A stretch of 64,000 nt of DNA, taken from NCBI GenBank assembly GCA_965202985.1, contig CBDBCF010000002.1, forward strand, positions 544,001 through 608,000. Reading direction: 5' to 3'. Within the stretch, counting starts at the first letter, position 1; each line of letters starts with the position of its first letter. A program made the translations under genes and the position numbers. Under the pieces are notes generated by a model. It saw only the letters and a list, made by a program, of their open reading frames with translations, searched no databases and was not told the DNA's origin. Source of the DNA: Longimicrobiales bacterium (GTDB lineage: Bacteria > Gemmatimonadota > Gemmatimonadetes > Longimicrobiales > Gaopeijiaceae). This document shows positions 49,301-58,300 of this stretch, piece by piece.

Positions 49301-52300
49301 ATGCGTCCGTCGTACCCCCCGCCACGTCGATCGTACCGCTGTTCAGCGCCAACGCGCTCGCGCCCACGCTCAACCCGTCCGCGTCCGCGTCCGCAGTCAC
49401 CACCACGTACCGGAACACCAACGCCGCCGTGCCCGTCCCCGACGCATACGCCGCCTGCCGCGTCTGCCCGCCGATCCCCAGCGCCAGCTGCGGCGTGCCC
49501 GTCACGTCCACCGCCTTGTTGAACGTCACCGTCGCAACCACCGTGTCGCCACGCTCGAACGTGCCGCCCGGCGGCGGCGCCACCGTCAGGCCCGTCACGC
49601 CCGGCGGACCCAGCCCGCCGTTCACCTTGTGCGAAACGTCGTTCGTCACCGCGCTCGAACCCAAGTCCAGCGACGCGGCAGCAGCGCCCGGACGCACGTC
49701 GGCGATCGCGCCGCCGTTCAACGTCAGCGCGCTCGCGCCGACGCTGAGCCCGTCCGCGTCCGCGTCCGAAGGACGAACCGCGTACCCGAACACCAGCGTG
49801 TCCGCCTTGCTCGTCGCCGACTCGTAGCCCGCCTGCCGCGTCTGCGTCCCGATCGTCAGCGCCAGCCGCGGCGAACCCGTCACCGCCACCGGGCGGCCGA
49901 ACGCCACCTTCACCTCGATCGACTCGCCCAGCTGGTACGTCTGACCGCTCGCCGGAACGCTCGATATCGTCACCGCGCTCGGCGCCGGCGTCGTGAACGT
50001 GCCGCCCGCAACCTTGTGGCCGCCGCTGTTCGTCACCGCGCTCGAACCCAGCCCCAGCGTCGCGTCCAGCGTCCCGCCCGCAACCTTGATCGTACCGCCG
50101 CTCAGCGCCAATGCGCTCGACCCGATGCTGATGCCGTCGGAGTCCGCGTCGCCCGCCGCCACCACGTAACGGAACACCAGCGAGTCCGTCCCCGTCCCGC
50201 TCGCGTACGCCGCCTGCCTAGTCGCGCTCCCGATCGTCAGCGCCAACCGCGGCTCGCCCGTCACGTCCACCGACCGGTTGAACACCAGCGACACCTCGAT
50301 CGTCTCGCCACGCTCGAACACGTCGCCCACCACGGGAGAACCGATCGTCAGCGACGTCACCCCCGGCGGCCCGCGGCTGCCGTCCACCTTGTGCGCAGCC
50401 GCGTTCGATATCGCGTTGCTCCCCAGACCCAGGCTCGCCACCGTCGTGCCGCCCCGAGCGTCGTTGATCGTGCCGCCGTTCAGCGCCAACGCGGTCGCCG
50501 CGATACCGATCCCCGTCGAGTCCGCGTCCGTCGCAACCACCGTGTAGCGGAACGCCAGCGTCGCCGTCCCGCTCCCGCTCGCGTACGACGCCTGACGCGT
50601 CTGCGAACCGATCGTCAGCGCCAACTGCGGCCTGCCCGTCACCGTCACCGGACGCGTGAACCCAACCTCGACCTCGATCACCTCCGTACGTCCGTACGTG
50701 CTGTCGCTCGACGGCGCGCTCGTGATCGCCACGCCGCTCACCGCAGATGCCGTGAACGTGCCGCCCGCAACCTTGTGGCCCGTGCTGCGGATCACCGCGT
50801 GGCTGCCCAGCCCCAGCACCGCGTCCGTCGTCGCGCCCGACCGACGAATCGTACCACCGTTCAGCCGCAAATCGGACGCGCCGATGCCCAACCCGTCCGC
50901 ATCCGCGTCCGCAGCCACCACCACGTACCGGAACACCAGCGTGTCCGTCCCCGTCCCGCTCGCGTAGTCCGCCTGCTTCGAGCCGCTCGAGAACCGCAGC
51001 TGCAGCTGCGGCGTCCCCGTCACCGCCACCGACTTGTTGAACACCACCTCGACCTCGATCGTCTCGCCGCGCTCGAACGTGTCGCCAACCTGAGGCGAAC
51101 CGATCGACAACCCCGTCACCCCCGGCGGTCCCAGGCTGCCGTCCACTTTGTGCGCAGCCGCGTTCGACACCGCGCTCGATCCCAGCCCCAGGCTCGCCGC
51201 CGTCGTGCCGTCCCGAGCATCGTTGATCGTGCCGCTGTTCAACGCCAACGCGCTCGTCCCGATGCCGATGCCGTTCGCGTCCGCGTCCCCCGCCACCACC
51301 TCGTACCCGAACGTCAGCGTCTTCGTGCCCGTACCGCTCGCGTACTCAGCCTGCCGCGTCGCAGCCCCCACCGTCAGCGCCACCTGCGGTGCGCCCGTCA
51401 CGTTCACCGGCCGCACGAACGTCACCTCGACCTCGATCTCCTCGCCCAGGCCGTACGTGTCCCCGCTCGACGGACTGCTCGATATCGCCACACCGCTCAC
51501 CGACGACGCCGTGAACGTCCCGCCCGCAACCTTGTGGCTCCCGCTGTTCGATATCGCGTGCGTCCCCAGCCCCAACGTCGCGTCCAGCGTCCCGCCCGAC
51601 AAACGGATCGTCCCGCTGTTCAACGCCAAAGCGCTCGTCCCGATGCTCAACCCGTCCGCGTCCACGTCCGCCTGCACCACCGTGTACTGGAACACCAACG
51701 ACGCCGTGCCGCTCCCGCTCGCGTAGCTCGCCTGCCGCGTCTGCGTACCGATCCCCAAAGCCAACTGCGGCGTGCCCGTCACGGCCACCGGCCGGTTGAA
51801 CGTCACCGTCGCCGCAACCGCGTCGCCCCGCTCGAACGTGTCGCCCACGGGCGGCGACCCGACGACCACGCCGATCACACCCGGCGGACCCTGCGCACCG
51901 TCCACCTTGTGCGCAGCAGCGTTCGATATCGCGTTCGAACCCAAGCCCAGCCCCGCAGCCTCGCTCGCGTCACGTGCGTCGGCGATCGTGCCGCCGTTCA
52001 GCGCCAACGCGCTCGTCCCGATGCTGAGCCCGTTCGCGTCCGCGTCCGCAGCCACAACCGTGTACTGGAACGTCAGCGTCTTCGTGCCGCTCCCGCTCGC
52101 ATACGCAGCCTGGCGCGTCTGGCTGCCGATCCCCAAAGCCAGTTGCGGCGCACCCGTCACCGCCACGTTGCGATCGAACGTCACCTCCACCCCGATCGCC
52201 TCCGTCCGACCATACGTGCTGTCGCTCGCCGGACTGCTCGAGATCGACACCCCCGACACCGACGACGCCGTGAACAACCCGCCGTTCACCACCAGAAAGT

Positions 52301-55300
52301 TCTCGAACGCTTGATGCTCCAAGCTCAACAAGGCGTCCGTCGTACCGCCCGCAACGTCGATCGTACCGCCGTTCAGCGTCAACGCGCTCGTGCCAACGCT
52401 CAATCCGTCCGCGTCCACGTCCGCCGTCACCACCACGTAACGGAACACCAGCGCCGCCGTGCCCGTCCCCGACGCATACGCAGCCTGTCGCGTCTGCGAA
52501 CCGATCCCCAGTGCGAGCCGCGGCGTGCCCGTCACGTCCACCGACTTGTTGAACCGCACCGTCGCAACCACCGTGTCGCCGCGCTCGAACGTCGTGCCCG
52601 TCGGCGGCGACGCCACCGTCAGGCCCGTCACCCCCGGCGGACCCAGCCCGCCGTTCACCTTGTGCGAAGCGTCGTTCGTCACCGCGCTCGAACCCAGCCC
52701 CAGCGCAGCAGCAGCCGCGCCCGGACGCACATCGGCGATCGTACCGCCGTTCAACGTCAGCGCGCTCGCGCCGATGCTGAGCCCGTCCGCGTCCGCGTCC
52801 GAAGGACGGACCGCGTAGCCGAACACCAGCGTGTCCGCCTTGCTCGTCGCCGACTCGTAGCTCGCCTGACGAGCGACCGTCCCAATCGTCAGCGCCAGAC
52901 GCGGCGTGCCCGTCACCGCCACAGGCCGCCCGAACGCCACCTTCACCTCGATCGACTCGCCCAGCTGGTACGTCTGACCGCTCGCCGGAGCGCTCGATAT
53001 CGTCACCGCGCTCACAGCCGGCACCGTGAACGTGCCGCCCGCCACTTGGTGGCCGCCGCTGTTCGTCACCGCGCTCGCGCCCAGCCCCAACGTCGCGTCC
53101 AGCGTCCCGCCAGCCAGACGGATCGTCCCGCCGCTCAACGTCAACGCGCCCGCCCCGATGCTGAGCCCGTCCGCGTCCGCGTCGCCGCTCGCCACCACGT
53201 ACCGGAACACCAGCGACGTCGTGCCCGTCCCGCTCGCGTAGCTCGCCTGCCTGGTCGCTGAACCGATCGTCAGCGCGAGTCGCGGCGTGCCCGTCACGTC
53301 CACTGCACGGTTGAACACCAGCTCGACCTCGATCGTCTCGCCACGCTCGAACTCGTCGCCCACCACGGGAGAACCGATCGTCAGCGCACTCACTCCCGGC
53401 GGCCCCAGGTTGCCGTCCACCTTGTGCGCAGCATCGTTCGCGATCGCGTGCGTGCCCAGCCCCAACGTCGCCGCCGTCGTGCCGCCCGAAAGCACGATCG
53501 TACCGCCGTTCAGAGCCAACGCGCTCGCACCGATGCCGATCCCCGTCGAGTCCGCGTCCACCGCAACCACCACGTAGCGGAACACCAGCGCCCACGTACC
53601 CGAACCGCGCGCGTAGCTCGCCTGACGCGTCAGCGTGTCGATCGACAACGCCAGCTGCGGCACCCCCGTCACCGCCACCGAACGCTCGAACTCGACCTCC
53701 ACCTCGATCGCCTCCGTACGTCCGTACGTGCTGTCGCCCGCCGGCGCGCTCGATATCGTCACGCCGCTCACCCCTGGCGCCACCTCCTTCGTCCCGTCCA
53801 CCTGGAACGCCGCCGCGTCCGCGAAGTTCCACGGAACCAGCGACAACCGAGCGTCCGTCGTCGTGCCCGTCGCACGAATCGTCGCGCCGCCCGGCAGCGT
53901 CAGAGCGTTCGCACCGATGCTGATCCCCGTCGCGTCCGCGTCCGCAGCAACCACCGTGTAGCAGAACACCAAGATGGCGCCGCCCGACGTCGTGCCGCAC
54001 TGCGCAGCGCTCCGCGTCTGCGCACCGATCCCCAAAGCCAGTCGCGGCGTGCCCGTCGCCGTCACGCTCGTGCTGAAGCTGATGCCCACCCGAATCTCGT
54101 CCCCAAGTCCGAACACGCTGTCCGTGCTCGCGTACGCGAGTCCGCTGTTCGCCGCCGACAGGAAGAACGCGGCCCTCACGACAGGCACGTCGCCCCGCAC
54201 CTTGTGCGCCGAAGCGTTCGTGATCGCATGGCTCCCCAACCCCAGACTCGCCGCCGTCGATCCGTCCCGCACGTCGACGATCGTCCCCCCGTTCAAGGCC
54301 AGAGCGCTCCCACCAATGCTCAACCCGTCCGCGTCCACGTCCGACGCCGCCACCACGTACCGGAACTCCAGCGCGCCCGTCCCCGTACCGCTCGAATAGT
54401 CCGCCTGTCGCGTCGAGTCGCCGATCGACAGCGCCAGTTGCGGCGTGCCCGTCGCCGTCACCGGCCGCACGAACGACACCGTCGCCGCGATCGTGTCTGC
54501 GAAGCCGTATGCATTGTCGGCGCCCGCGCTGCTGGAAATCGCCACGCCGGTCACCGTCGGCGCCGTCAACTGCGAACCCGCGACCTTGTGGCCCGCGCTG
54601 TTCGTGACCGCGTTCCCGCTGCCCACCCAAGGCACCCCAAGAAACGTGTTCGTGGTCGTGCCCGCCTCTCTGATCGTCGAGCCCCCCGTCAACTGCAACG
54701 CGTTGCCTACGATGCTGATGCCGTCGCTGTCGGAGTCCGCCGACTGCACTACGCGGTGGAACTCCAAAGTGTCCGTGCCCGTGCCCGAAGCGTACGTCGC
54801 CCCCGCGAAGTTGTTCGACCCGATCGCCACCCACACCGTCGGAACGCCGGTCACATCCACCGAGTCGGTGTAGACCAGCGTCACCTTGATCGTGTCGCCA
54901 CGCTCGAACGTGTCGCCCACCGTCGGCGACCCCAGCGACAAGCTCGCTATGCGCGCAGCACCCGCCACCTTGTGGCCCGCGCTGTTCGACACCGCGTCCT
55001 GACCCGCATGGGGCCAGGGCGTGTCGTGCAACGCGCTCGTGGTGGTGCCCGCCTCTCTGATCGTCGAGCCACCCGTCAACTGAATCGCGTTGCCGTACAA
55101 GCTCAGGCCGTCGTTGTCGTGGTCCCCAGCCTCCACCACGTAGCGGAACTCCAGAGTGTCCGTGCCCGTGCCCGACACGTACGTCGCCGGCCTGTGCGTA
55201 GCCGACGTGAGCTTCAGCCACGCCGTCGGAACGCCCGTCACGTCCACCGAGTCCGAGTAGACCAGCGTCACCACGATCGTGTCGCCGCGCTCGAACACGT

Positions 55301-58300
55301 CGCCCGTCGGCGGCCGTCCCACCGAAACGCTCGTCACGCGCGCCGAGCCCGCCACCTTCCATCTGGGATCGTCCACTATCGTCAGCGACGCGTCTATCCA
55401 TGGATTCACGTTGATCTGGTTGGCGTCCCTGATCGTACCCCCGTTCAGGTCGACGGCGTCGCTCAGTATCCCCACCCCGGTTTTGTCCTCGATCCCCGAC
55501 TGCACCACGTAGCGAAACTCCAACTGGCTCGTGCCCGACCCCGAGTGGTAGTTCGCCCAGCCCTGACCAGCGCCCAGCCAGATCCTCGCCCGCGGCGTGC
55601 CCGTCACGACGGTCGTCTCCCTGAAAGCCAGCGTCACCTTCACCGTGTCGCCTCTCGCGAAGATCGAGTCCTCGCCCGCCGAGTTGACCGACAACCCCGT
55701 CACCTTGTTGCTCGTGGGAAGCACCTTGTGCGTCGCGTCGTCGGTGACCACGTGGGTCAGCAAACTGACGACCGCGTTTACCGTCGTGGCCACCCGCCTG
55801 ATCGTCCCGCCGTTCAGCGTCAGCGCGTCCGCCAAATAGCTGATCCCCGTGCTGTCCGTGTCCGCCGCCACCGTGACGTAGCGGAACGTCAGCGAATCGC
55901 CGCCCGTACCCGACACGTAGTTCGCTTGCCGCGTCGCCGCACCGATCTCCAACGCCAGCCGCGGCGTGCCCGTCACGTTCACGTTCTCGTTGAACAGCAC
56001 GGCCACCTCGATCGTGTCGCCGAAAGCGTAGGTGCTGTCGGTCCCAGGATCGCTCGCGATCGCCGTGCCCGTCACGTGCGGCAACCCCTGCACGCCCCAC
56101 ACCCTGTGCGCCGCCGCGTTCGTCACCGCGTGGACCGTCAACCCCAAGACCGCGTCCACCGTCGTGCTGCCCGCACGCCTGATCGTCCCGCCGTTCAGCG
56201 TCAGCGCGCTCTCGCCGATGCTCAACCCGTCCGTGTCGACGTCTCCCGCCACCACCGTGTAGCGGAACGTCAGCGAATCGCCGCCCGTGCCCGACGCGTA
56301 GCTCGCCTGTCTCGTCTGCGAACCGATCGTCAACGCCAGCTGCGGCGTGCCCGTCACGTCCACATTCTCGACGAACACCACGCCGACCTCGATCACGTCG
56401 CTCACGGCGTAGGCGCTGTCGTTCCCCGCGTCGCTCGCAATCGCCACGCCGGTGACGACCGGCGGCCCCGTGGCACCGTTCACCTTGTGGGCGGCGTCGT
56501 CGGCGACGACTTGGGTCCCCAGGTTCAGGTACGCGTCCCGCGGGCTGCCCCCATACAGGACCGTCCCCTTGATCGTCCCCCCGTTCAGAGTCAGCGCGCT
56601 CGCCGAATAGCTGATCCCGGTGTTGTCCGCGTCCGCCGGCGTCACCGCGTAGCGGAACGTCAGCGAATCGCCGCCGCTGCCGGAGACGTAGTCCGCCTGC
56701 CGCGTGTTCGCGCCGATCGTCAACGCCAGCCGCGGCGTGCCCGTCACCGCCACGTTCTCGTCGAAGACCACACCGACCTCGATCACGTCGCCCCGCACGT
56801 ACGTGCTGTCGTTCCCCGCGTCGCTCGTGATCGACGTCCGCTGAACGTCCGGCACGCCCCGCAGGCCGTCGACCTTCCTGGTGGCGTCGTTCATGAAGGA
56901 CACCCCCAAAATCGAAAGCGTCGTATTCGCAGCTCTGCCCCCACCACTTACACTGCCGACAAGCGCATCCTCCTCGATGCTTAGGCCATCTGCGTCGACG
57001 TCGGCGGTCGTAATGTAGTATCTGAACGATAAGCTATTCGACCCCACGCCAATGTAATCCATGCGCACCAACCTCGAACCGATCCTGAGGTTAAACCATA
57101 CTTGACCTGCGAAAGGCGGGTTGATACTGCCGTTGAAGTAGACATTGAATCCGAGTTCGTCGCCGAAGGCGAAAGTAGAGTCAGGCCCCGCGTCGGCAAC
57201 CCAGCCAATGCCGTTAATGACCCGCGTGATGCCGTCCACCTTGTGGGCCGCGGCGCTGCTGACAGCATGCGAGCCAAGCGATAAGGTCGCGTCCATCGAG
57301 TCGCTCGAGGCCTTGATCGTCCCGCTGTTCAGTGTCAGCGCGCTCGCGCCGATGCTCAGCCCGTCCGTGTCCTCGTCCGCCCCCACCACCTCGTACCTGA
57401 ACACCAGCGAATCCGATCCGCTGCCCGACACGTAGCTCGCCTGCCGTGTGTTCGCGCCGATCCCCAGCGCCAGCCGCGGCGTGCCCGTCACCCACACCGA
57501 CGCGCTGAACTGGACCGCGACATGGATGTGCTGTGCCTTGTACCACGTCGAATCTGCCGGGGTTGTCGGGAATACGACGCCCGACACGATCGGCGGGGTG
57601 CTCACCTTGTGCGCCGCGGCGTTCGCGATCGCGTGGCTGCCCAGGCTGCTCAGGACCGCGTCCTTCGTCCCCAGCCGGATCGTGCCGCCGTTCAGCGACA
57701 GCGCGCTCGCACCGATGCTGATCCCGTCCGTGTCCGAGTCCGCCGCTACCACCACGTACCGGAACACCAGCGACGCCGAACCCGTCCCACTCGCGTAGCT
57801 CGCCTGCCGCGTCTGCGAACCGATCCCCAAAGCCAACTGCGGCGTGCCCGTCACCGCCACCGCCGAGTCGAACGCCACCGTCACCGCTATCGTGTCGTCA
57901 GCAGCATACGTGCTGTCCGAACCCGCGCTGCTGCTGATCGTCACCCCCGTCACCTTGGGATACCCCTGGGCGCCGTCCACCTTGTGCGCAGCTGCGTTCG
58001 TGATCGCGTTGCTGCCCAGGCTCAGGTTGGCAAAGTCGCCTGATGCGGAGGTTTCCACGCTACCGTTTAGAAACGAGTGGGTGGAGATTCCGTCCGCGTC
58101 CATGTCCGACGTCTGCACAAGGTACCACAGCTCAACCCAGGCGTTCCCTCCGCCCGTGGCTTGGCCTGTGGGGGCAGCCGAGCCAAAGCCGCTAGCGGCT
58201 CCCCCCACCGCATTTCTGTTGACCGACCCGATCGTAATCCTCAAGATGATACCATCGTCGGCGTAGGCGTTTACGCCGAGCGACCAGTACGTCCTGATCT

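Noticed and set aside
47262..56984. Very long plus-strand ORFs (1999 aa, 1186 aa) opposite the adhesin
   Set aside because: In-register antisense shadows: they stay open because TTA/CTA/TCA codons are rare in the real gene. Products are Arg-rich with no motifs
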